Source: an uncultured Bacilli bacterium | GTDB lineage: Bacteria; Bacillota_I; Bacilli_A; RF39; UBA660 | Assembly: GCA_949451605.1 (NCBI GenBank) | Contig: CASTSB010000003.1 | Coordinates: 33,326-97,325, forward strand | Reading direction: 5' to 3' | Length of the DNA: 64,000 nucleotides | Shown: positions 55,103 through 62,948 of the stretch, one piece after another | Layout of the letters: the number at the start of each line of letters is the position of its first letter | Numbering within the stretch: position 1 is the stretch's first letter | Made by a program: the position numbers and the translations under genes | The notes under the pieces: model-generated | Told to the model about the DNA's origin: nothing | The model's database searches: none | What the model saw: only the letters and a program-made list of their open reading frames with translations

Positions 55103-57949
55103 ATGAAGAGAAAAAGTAAATTGAAATATTTTAGTTTATTATTAGTAGTAATATTTATAGGTATTGGTTATGCATTTTTATCTACTAACTTAGAAATAAA
55201 TGGTATTTCTATTATGAAGAGAAGTGTTTGGGACTTACACTTTGAAAATATAGTGGATGATTATGAAAAAGCAGTTATTGATATTCCAGCTTCTATTAGT
55301 AGGGACAGGTTATCAGTAAATTTTGAAGTAACACTAAATAACCCAGGAGATGAATACTACTTTTATGTTGATGTAGTAAATGATGGAACAATCGATGTAA
55401 TGTTAAATAACTACTTGTTCTCGGGACTATCTACAGAACAAGAAAAACTAATTAGTACAACTCTAACTTATAATGATGGAGTAGCGGTTAATAAATATGA
55501 TTTACTAAAAGAGAATTCTTTTGACACTTTAAAGGTAAGTGTTAAGTTTAGAGAAGATATAGAAGTAAGTGATCTACCAACTACTAAGAGTGACTTTAAT
55601 TTATCACTTGAAGTAAACTTTGATCAAGCAGATTCAAATGCTAAAGAAAGAGAACATATAGCGGATGTCACACCTCCTAGAATTAAGTTTATTAAAGTAA
55701 ATGACAATTCAGGAAATGATGAGTGGAGTAAAGATATAAGGCTTCTAGTAAAGATCGTAGATGAATCAAAAATAAAAGAAGCCAAATATTGTATCACAAC
55801 ACCAGATAATGAGTGCGAACCAACAGAAGTCCCAGAAGAGTTACAAAACACATCATTTTACTTTACATTTCCAGAATCAGATACAGAACAAAGACTATGT
55901 GTAAAGGCAACAGATACAAACGATAACTCAAAAACAACCTGTACAACAGAAAGTTATCTAGTAGATGGAGAAGATCCAGTAATAAAAAATGTTAATCTAA
56001 CAAAAGAAAACAATTCAATTACAGTAGAAGTAGATGCAGAAGATAAACAATCAGGAATCTATATGTATTATTATTCAAAGGATTCAGGAGAAACATATAT
56101 ACCAAGCATCTATCCAAACTATACCTTTACTGGATTAGATAATGATGACTATTTAATAACAATGTATACAGAAGATGTAGCTGGAAACAAGTCTGCAGTA
56201 ACTGCCAAAAACTCAACAGTAAGAAGTGGTAATTTCTGTAAAAGTAATGGTCTAACTAATCTAAGTGACTGTCTATTAGCTCAAGAGACAAGAGATGCCA
56301 ATATTGTTTCTGCAAAATCAAAAATAGAGGCAAAAGAAACTCCTAACTTTAATGATGTTAGTCCTAAAATAACATATGGCGAAAAAGAAATGCCAAAAGT
56401 AAGCGTTTATAAAGCTTCTACATCCCAATCATTTTATTTAAGTGATGGCTCTAGCTATTCTTATAATTATTATTATGTAGGTACAGATTATCAACTTAAT
56501 ACCTCAACTGGACAATTTACTTTAAAAAATACAAAGCAAATTAAAGATTTTGGTGACTTAGACAATCAAAATAATACTTACTATATGTGCGGATCACAAT
56601 ATAGTAGTTCTTGTAGCACAATGTTTAAAATAATATCAATAGACTTTTTAGAAGAAACTAATACTGATTATAGTTTTTATACTACCAAAGTTTTAAAGTT
56701 TAATATTACAAAATATGATATAACATATAAAGAATTAAAATATGATTCAAAAGAGACTGGAATGTATTCAATAGAAGATGATTTAGGAACAAGCTATTAT
56801 TACCGTGGAGCAGTGGAAGGAAACATCGTTAAATTTGGTGACTTCTACTGGAAAATAACACGAATAAATGGTGATGGAACAATAAGAATGATATTCTATG
56901 GAACATCTCCAACTACAGATAGTCAAGTAAGTGTGCAATATTATACTCCTAATAATAGTTTTTATAGATATGATCCAACCTATATGGGAATTATGTTTAA
57001 TAACGAAGATTTTGGTGAAGAGTTAAAACCTACTGTATCAACATATACAGGGTTTGAAGACAAATCTACTACATCCTATGTATATTCTAAATCTTATACA
57101 TATAATAGGGAAAATTCAACATTTAGCTTAGACTTAACAGAGGGAAATTATATTAAAGGTATATGGAAAGATACTTACGAAGAAATACTTAATAATGGAT
57201 ATATCTACACATGTGCTACTACTTCAACAACAGCTTCTGCAAATACTTGTCGAAAAATAAAAAAAGTCACTAGATATGAATATAATGAAAAACAAAAGCA
57301 ACATAGAATGTATTATACAGATTATCTTACTTCATCAACATCTTACGAGAATGCTGTAAAAAATGTTAAAAAGTCACAGTTATTAATAAAACTAGATGAA
57401 TGGTTTGAAACAAACATAAAAACTAAAACCGATTCAAATTCTAATAGTTTGCTAGAATATTTATCTGATGGAATTTTCTGTAATGATAGAAGTTTTTATT
57501 CAGGAAATGGATATTATAGCTATGGTTCAATGATTTATTATAACGGTTATGGAAGGCTTAAAAATAATATGCCAAGTCTACTTTGTGTAAATCAAAATGA
57601 TAGATTTACCGAGTCTGATACAACTAATGGAAATGGTGCTTTAGAAAATAGAGTTGGTCTAATAACAGCTGATGAAGTAGAATTATCTGGAGTAAACAAC
57701 AATACTTCTTATAAAAACAATCATTATTTCTTAAAATGGGGAAGTAGATCATTTTGGACAATTACTCCATACTATGATAATGGCGACAATGAATATGTAT
57801 ATAAAGCATATTCTTCTGGAGGTATTTCCAGTGAGCATATAGGAAATAGCGGTCATATTCGCCCAGTAATAAACTTAAAAGCAAATACAAAGATTGTAAG
57901 TGGAGAAGGAACAACAGATTCACCATTTGAAATAACCTTAGGAAATTAG
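55103..57949 (+). CDS. large secreted protein: SipW-class N-terminus + conserved N-domain + Ig-like modules + shared C-terminal module
   Basis: ...LLLVVIFIGIGYAFLSTNLEING. N-domain VWDLHFENI / PGDEYYFYVDVVNDGTIDVML. C-module YYYRGAVEGNIVKFGDFYWKITRINGDGTIRMIFYG ... IRPVINLK ... SGEGTTDSPFEI. Confidence 0.6.
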   Translation: MKRKSKLKYFSLLLVVIFIGIGYAFLSTNLEINGISIMKRSVWDLHFENIVDDYEKAVIDIPASISRDRLSVNFEVTLNNPGDEYYFYVDVVNDGTIDVMLNNYLFSGLSTEQEKLISTTLTYNDGVAVNKYDLLKENSFDTLKVSVKFREDIEVSDLPTTKSDFNLSLEVNFDQADSNAKEREHIADVTPPRIKFIKVNDNSGNDEWSKDIRLLVKIVDESKIKEAKYCITTPDNECEPTEVPEELQNTSFYFTFPESDTEQRLCVKATDTNDNSKTTCTTESYLVDGEDPVIKNVNLTKENNSITVEVDAEDKQSGIYMYYYSKDSGETYIPSIYPNYTFTGLDNDDYLITMYTEDVAGNKSAVTAKNSTVRSGNFCKSNGLTNLSDCLLAQETRDANIVSAKSKIEAKETPNFNDVSPKITYGEKEMPKVSVYKASTSQSFYLSDGSSYSYNYYYVGTDYQLNTSTGQFTLKNTKQIKDFGDLDNQNNTYYMCGSQYSSSCSTMFKIISIDFLEETNTDYSFYTTKVLKFNITKYDITYKELKYDSKETGMYSIEDDLGTSYYYRGAVEGNIVKFGDFYWKITRINGDGTIRMIFYGTSPTTDSQVSVQYYTPNNSFYRYDPTYMGIMFNNEDFGEELKPTVSTYTGFEDKSTTSYVYSKSYTYNRENSTFSLDLTEGNYIKGIWKDTYEEILNNGYIYTCATTSTTASANTCRKIKKVTRYEYNEKQKQHRMYYTDYLTSSTSYENAVKNVKKSQLLIKLDEWFETNIKTKTDSNSNSLLEYLSDGIFCNDRSFYSGNGYYSYGSMIYYNGYGRLKNNMPSLLCVNQNDRFTESDTTNGNGALENRVGLITADEVELSGVNNNTSYKNNHYFLKWGSRSFWTITPYYDNGDNEYVYKAYSSGGISSEHIGNSGHIRPVINLKANTKIVSGEGTTDSPFEITLGN

Positions 57950-57970
57950 AAGAGCAATCTTCTTTTTCTT
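57948..57970 (+). terminator. intrinsic terminator (short stem)
   Basis: AGAAGA-GCAA-TCTTCT followed by TTTT. Confidence 0.4.
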
Positions 57971-58025
57971 TTATTTACGAAATATAATAAAAGTGGTAAA
58001 ATAACTACTCAATGAGGCGGTAGTT

Positions 58026-59039
58026 ATGAAAGAAAATCCTACAATAAAAGAAATAATAGATAGAGTTGAAATAAGTGCAACGGATTTTGAAAGAAATAAT
58101 TCAGAATTAAAAAGAAAATATTTAATATGGAATATAGAATCATTTAATATTTTAGCATCTAAAGTAAGTAGTTTTGTAGGTACTTTCGGAACAGGATATC
58201 CGTTTTATGCCTTAGATGAAAATTTAGAAGGTAAATTACCAGTAATAGTAGAGCAAATAAGATACAATAGGCAGCTTATAAAAGATGGAGAGCCTTATCA
58301 AAAGTCTATTTGGTTATGTAAATCATGTTTAAGAGAAAATTCATCAACCATGCCAGATTTAAAACAAGTTTGCAAGCCTTGTCCAAATATCCCATCAACT
58401 TTAAAGCCTAGAAAAATAATTAATAGATTACCAGATATAGATATGTGGTTAGTATGTAAAGATGGAGAAATAAATCAAGCTGCTGAACAATTAAGATATT
58501 TTTTACAAAGATATGGAATGCAAACATCAGATGTTGATCCAGCATCATCTATTGATCAAGTCTATGAAATTACCAAAATGCTAAAAAATGGTATTTTACC
58601 AGAGATATTTTTACCAATAGATGCTCATATTGTAGAGCAAAGTGAGCTTGATAATTTAATAAAAAGAGTTCCAGGTGCATTAATAACTGCTAGTAGTTAT
58701 GGAATAAAACCATATATACCTATTAATCCATTATCTTATCGAAAAACATGGCAACATGATGATGAAGCATATAATTTTGTTTGTGACTTTCTATCTACAT
58801 TTAAATCATTTAATTTTCCTAGTGAATTAGAGTCAGTACTACAAGAAAGTAGAAGTCAAATTGCTAGTCTTTATTCTCCAGAGGAATTATTCCAAATCTT
58901 TTTAAATGCTACCACAGAATCTAACTTTCGAAGACATCAATCTATAGAATTAGAAGAATTATTCTTAAAAAGAATGAGAAGTTGGCAGCCAAAAGAAAAA
59001 TCTAAAGTTAAAACAAAAAACTTTGAAATAGATAGGTAA
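58026..59039 (+). CDS. hypothetical cytosolic protein with CxxC-x18-CxxC zinc-ribbon and nucleotidyltransferase-like acidic motifs
   Basis: CKSCLRENSSTMPDLKQVCKPCPN, then RLPDIDMWLV (hDhDh) and LPIDAHIV (third acid). No TM or signal peptide. The ORF itself is solid; the function is speculative. Confidence 0.5.
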   Translation: MKENPTIKEIIDRVEISATDFERNNSELKRKYLIWNIESFNILASKVSSFVGTFGTGYPFYALDENLEGKLPVIVEQIRYNRQLIKDGEPYQKSIWLCKSCLRENSSTMPDLKQVCKPCPNIPSTLKPRKIINRLPDIDMWLVCKDGEINQAAEQLRYFLQRYGMQTSDVDPASSIDQVYEITKMLKNGILPEIFLPIDAHIVEQSELDNLIKRVPGALITASSYGIKPYIPINPLSYRKTWQHDDEAYNFVCDFLSTFKSFNFPSELESVLQESRSQIASLYSPEELFQIFLNATTESNFRRHQSIELEELFLKRMRSWQPKEKSKVKTKNFEIDR

Positions 59040-59068
59040 ATAATAAATTAAATAAGAAAGGAAAAATT

Positions 59069-59965
59069 ATGGCAAAAATAGACTTACATATTCATACTAC
59101 TATGTCGGATGGTAGTTTAACTCCTAAAGAAGTAATAGATGAGGCTTATAGAAATAAGGTAAATACAATTTCAATTGCAGATCATGATACAATCTCAGCT
59201 TATTATACAGAAGAATTATTTAATTATGCAAAACTTAAAGATATTAATTTAATTCCAGGTGTAGAGATTTCTACTAAATTAGATAAAATAGGTATTCATG
59301 TTTTAGGCTATAATTTTGATATACAAAATCAAAATTTAATTAAAAAATTAGAAAAACTTAGAAATGCTCGTCATGATTATCTATATAATGTTTCTGATAA
59401 ATTAAATAATCTTGGTTATAAAATTGATATAGATGAATTAGATAAAATAGAAGCCGTCACTAAGGCTCATATTGCTATTAATGTTATAAATAATAAAGAA
59501 AATGAGCGAACATTAATTAAAGAGTTTGGCCATATTCCAAACAAAGGCGAATTTATAGAAACTATTATGAATGAAAATTGCAAAGCTTATGTAAAAAAAG
59601 AAACAATAACGCCTAAAGAAGCAAGTGACCTTATTAAGCAAGCTGGTGGAATAGTTGTGTTGGCCCATCCAGTTGCTTATAAATATGAAGATAATTTGAA
59701 TGAAGATAAAATAATAAATATCATAAAAGATATGGAAATTAGTGGAATAGAATCAGATTATATTTATGTTGATAGAAATAACAATATTATTAATGAGATT
59801 TCTAAATGGAGAGAATTAGCAAAAAATAATGATTTATTTACAACAATAGGTTCAGATTTTCATAATAAAGATTGTATAAGGCCAGAAATTGGATTTAAAA
59901 ATTATGAATTAGAAATAGAAGAAAAAAGGGAAAAAGAAATTATCAAAAAAATAACTAAAATATAA
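59069..59965 (+). CDS. PHP domain phosphoesterase (TrpH/YciV-like)
   Basis: IDLHIHTTMSDGSLTPKEVIDEA...ISIADHDT...GIHVLGY...VLAHP...GSDFH. Confidence 0.8.
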   Translation: MAKIDLHIHTTMSDGSLTPKEVIDEAYRNKVNTISIADHDTISAYYTEELFNYAKLKDINLIPGVEISTKLDKIGIHVLGYNFDIQNQNLIKKLEKLRNARHDYLYNVSDKLNNLGYKIDIDELDKIEAVTKAHIAINVINNKENERTLIKEFGHIPNKGEFIETIMNENCKAYVKKETITPKEASDLIKQAGGIVVLAHPVAYKYEDNLNEDKIINIIKDMEISGIESDYIYVDRNNNIINEISKWRELAKNNDLFTTIGSDFHNKDCIRPEIGFKNYELEIEEKREKEIIKKITKI

Positions 59966-59992
59966 AATTTACAGCTTTTAAATGTAAAATAC

Positions 59993-60022
59993 AGAAGAAA
60001 AGAATACCTTTCTTCTTTTTTA
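59993..60022 (+). terminator. intrinsic terminator after the PHP gene
   Basis: AGAAGAAA-(8 nt)-TTTCTTCT followed by TTTTT. Confidence 0.55.
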
Positions 60023-60046
60023 TTTATAAAAACCTCAATCTCAATG

Positions 60047-60076
60047 TTGACTATTAGGTAAAAAAAGAAGTATAAT
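60047..60076 (+). promoter_or_regulatory. sigma-A promoter upstream of the 60138 paralogue cluster
   Basis: TTGACT (60047-60052), 18-nt spacer, TATAAT (60071-60076). Confidence 0.5.
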
Positions 60077-60137
60077 TTAAAGTAGGATAGAAGTGTATAA
60101 GATGGGATTACTGTCTAAAGATATATAGGAGAGTGCT

Positions 60138-61598
60138 ATGTTAAGATCTGAAAGAAAAGTAAAAAATATTATATTAGTAACGCTATTTTCGTTCTTCTTT
60201 ATAGGTGTAGGCTATGCATTAATTTCATCTAACCTAAGTATTAGAGGTACACTTGAAGTTAATAAGGCTACATGGGATATTCATCTTGCTAATGTTGTAA
60301 TGAATGAGAACAATACTGTAAGTGCAACACCTACTTTAGTGAATAATGATACAGGAATAAATTATTCTCTAAAATTAGCTGCTCCTGGAGATTTCTATTC
60401 ATTTACCGTAGACGTTGTAAATAGTGGAACTTTAAATGCTATGTTGACAGATATAAATGCTGCAGGATTAACTGCAGATCAAGCTAATGTTATTAATTAC
60501 ACAGTTACATATGAAAATGGAATTTTACCACAAGAAAAAGATTCACTTCAAAAAGATTCTTCAAAAACTTTAGTAGTGACAGTAAGTTATAAAGAGGATA
60601 TCACCGCTGATCAATTATTAGATGCAGATATTCCACTAAACTTAAGATTAGAGATATCATATGCCCAAGATGATGGGACAAGTAAAAAAGTACCAGAGAC
60701 TTTAAACGATGTTATGGCAAGAAATGCAGTTTTAGATGATCAAGCAAGTGAATTTGTTACTGCCCAGACAGGAATCGACTTTAGTGCTCATTATTCAGAA
60801 ACAAATGGAAATGGTATATATGAATATTCCAATAGTAAAAATCAAGAATATCCAATTTATTATTACAGAGGAAATATTCAAAATAATAATGTTATCTTTA
60901 ATAATTTCTGTTGGAAAATAGTAAGAACAACAGATACTGGAGGAGTAAAGTTATTATACAATGGTCTTTTATCTTCTGATAATAAATGTGACAATACAGG
61001 AAATGCAACAAATTTAAGCTCTTATTCCCAATTTATGCCAAACAATGAATTAAGGTACATAGGATATACTTATGAAGTTGATGGTGTTGAGAAAGATTCT
61101 TTAGTCAAAAATCTGATTGAAACATGGTATGAAAATAATATGAGTACTGTATCAGATAAATTAGAAGATACTATTTACTGTAATAGTCCAACAGGTGGAA
61201 ATAAAAATATTGCTAATAAAGATACTTTATTTACATGTAATAACAAAAATGAAAGTTATACAGTAAGTAATAATTTGGGTAATCAGAAATTAAAATATAA
61301 AATTGGATTATTAACAGTAAAAGAAAGTGTTGCAGCAGGTGGAAGATATATGCCGGGAACACCACAACCTGAAACTTATTTATCTAATGCAACGGCATAT
61401 TGGACTATGTCTCCTCGTGATAATGAACCAGCTACAGAAGGAAATATGTCAACAATACATTATATAGAAGCAAATGGTTCTGGTGGGGCAGGATCTAGTA
61501 ATAATAGTCATAAGCTTAGACCAGTAATCTCACTTAAAAATGGCCTTAAATTTACAAAAGGTACAGGAGAAATAAATAATCCATATTTTATTGGATAA
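60138..61598 (+). CDS. secreted protein: SipW-class N-terminus + conserved N-domain + shared C-terminal module
   Basis: ...LFSFFFIGVGYALISSNLSIRG. TWDIHLANV / PGDFYSFTVDVVNSGTLNAML. YYYRGNIQNNNVIFNNFCWKIVRTTDTGGVKLLYNG ... LRPVISLK ... KGTGEINNPYFIG. Confidence 0.6.
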   Translation: MLRSERKVKNIILVTLFSFFFIGVGYALISSNLSIRGTLEVNKATWDIHLANVVMNENNTVSATPTLVNNDTGINYSLKLAAPGDFYSFTVDVVNSGTLNAMLTDINAAGLTADQANVINYTVTYENGILPQEKDSLQKDSSKTLVVTVSYKEDITADQLLDADIPLNLRLEISYAQDDGTSKKVPETLNDVMARNAVLDDQASEFVTAQTGIDFSAHYSETNGNGIYEYSNSKNQEYPIYYYRGNIQNNNVIFNNFCWKIVRTTDTGGVKLLYNGLLSSDNKCDNTGNATNLSSYSQFMPNNELRYIGYTYEVDGVEKDSLVKNLIETWYENNMSTVSDKLEDTIYCNSPTGGNKNIANKDTLFTCNNKNESYTVSNNLGNQKLKYKIGLLTVKESVAAGGRYMPGTPQPETYLSNATAYWTMSPRDNEPATEGNMSTIHYIEANGSGGAGSSNNSHKLRPVISLKNGLKFTKGTGEINNPYFIG

Positions 61599-61622
61599 TA
61601 TAATAATGAAAGGAACAGTAAC

Positions 61623-62927
61623 ATGAAAATAGGTAATGTAGAAATAAAGAAAAATTATATTATAGTCTTGAGCGTAATTATACTAGTAGTTTCACTAGCG
61701 TTAGGTTATAGCCTTTTATATAGTGATCTAAACTATCAAGCAAATGTTACTGTTAAAAACTATAAATGTAATCAGGAAAATCTTTATGAAAGATTAACTT
61801 GTTTATCAACTTATGATAATACTCCAAGTAAAAATGTTAAAAGTTATTCTGGAATAGATTATAATGATATATCATCAGATACTAATGGCAAAGGATTATA
61901 TACTCTATCAGAAACTTTGGATACAGCAAATCCAATTCGTTATTTTAGAGGAAACGTAAAAAATAATAATCTCAAATTCGCATCTAGTTGTTGGAAAATA
62001 ATTAGAACTACTTCAACAGGTGGGATTAAATTAATATATAATGGAAAGCCAAATGATAAAGGAATTTGCGAAGAAAATGGAGTAAGTATTGGAAGCTACG
62101 CTTTTAATGATGAAAATCTATCAGTTTCAGATACTTCTTATATGTATGGAAAAACATATGAAATAAAAGAAAAAATTATGGAAAATACTGAAATTGTTTA
62201 TGGTAATACTGTAAATTGGAATAATGAGACAAACACTTATACAATTTCTGATGAAGTAATTAGTTCATCTTGGTCAAATGATCATAATAATTTAAAGAAT
62301 AAGTATACATGCTTTAATAATGAAACGACTTGTGAAAAAGTAAATTATATTTCTGAATCTAATGATCCTGCTAAAGCTATTTATATTGAATTAGCATTAG
62401 GAGAAACAAAAGAAAATATTTATGAAAATATTTCAACAAATGAAAATTCATCATCTATCAAAACTATACTTGATAAATGGTATGAAGATAATATAAAGGC
62501 ATTTGAAAATAATTTAGAAGATACCTTATATTGTAATGATAGAACATCGCTTAATGGAAATGCAAAAAAAGAAATGATATTTGCTTGTCCAAATAAAGCA
62601 GATTCTTTCAGTACAAAAGAAGAAAATGGAAATGCAAAATTAACTTATCCAATTGCTTTATTAACTAAAGAAGAAATTATATTATCAGGCTTAAATACAG
62701 AAAAGGAAAATACTAATTATCTTACAACTAATTCAAACATTTTAACTATGACACCAGCAAAGATAAATATAAATGAATCAAAAATGGTTATTATATCAAG
62801 TATGAATAAAATTGATTCATTAAAATCTACTGAAAAAGCTGAAATAAAACCTGTTATATCATTAAAAAAAGATACTTTAATAGTAAGTGGTACAGGAACA
62901 TTAGATGATCCTTATATAATTGGATAG
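61623..62927 (+). CDS. secreted protein: SipW-class N-terminus directly joined to the shared C-terminal module
   Basis: ...LVVSLALGYSLLYSDLNYQ. RYFRGNVKNNNLKFASSCWKIIRTTSTGGIKLIYNG ... IKPVISLK ... SGTGTLDDPYIIG. Lacks the ~150-aa N-domain. Confidence 0.6.
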   Translation: MKIGNVEIKKNYIIVLSVIILVVSLALGYSLLYSDLNYQANVTVKNYKCNQENLYERLTCLSTYDNTPSKNVKSYSGIDYNDISSDTNGKGLYTLSETLDTANPIRYFRGNVKNNNLKFASSCWKIIRTTSTGGIKLIYNGKPNDKGICEENGVSIGSYAFNDENLSVSDTSYMYGKTYEIKEKIMENTEIVYGNTVNWNNETNTYTISDEVISSSWSNDHNNLKNKYTCFNNETTCEKVNYISESNDPAKAIYIELALGETKENIYENISTNENSSSIKTILDKWYEDNIKAFENNLEDTLYCNDRTSLNGNAKKEMIFACPNKADSFSTKEENGNAKLTYPIALLTKEEIILSGLNTEKENTNYLTTNSNILTMTPAKININESKMVIISSMNKIDSLKSTEKAEIKPVISLKKDTLIVSGTGTLDDPYIIG

Positions 62928-62948
62928 TGAAGGGAAGAGTGAAATTAT

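Noticed and set aside
664-60921. Short ORFs of 61-114 aa in the six-frame track that lie inside longer genes. Antisense ORFs: 664-879, 3146-3331, 7490-7711, 10807-11010, 13666-13920, 14200-14397, 16108-16452, 17432-17650, 17932-18201, 22581-22775, 31156-31383, 33006-33218, 36945-37163, 37569-37784, 38991-39254, 39423-39662, 39670-39861, 43941-44147, 45939-46148, 47926-48156, 49851-50066, 50998-51198 and 55624-55851. Same-strand alternate-frame ORF: 60736-60921.
   Set aside because: Each is fully embedded in a longer ORF with clear homology motifs or an RBS. Their translations are low-complexity Leu/Ser/Phe/Ile-rich strings, as expected from the reverse complement or a frame shift of Lys/Glu/Asn-rich coding DNA. 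None has a convincing RBS.
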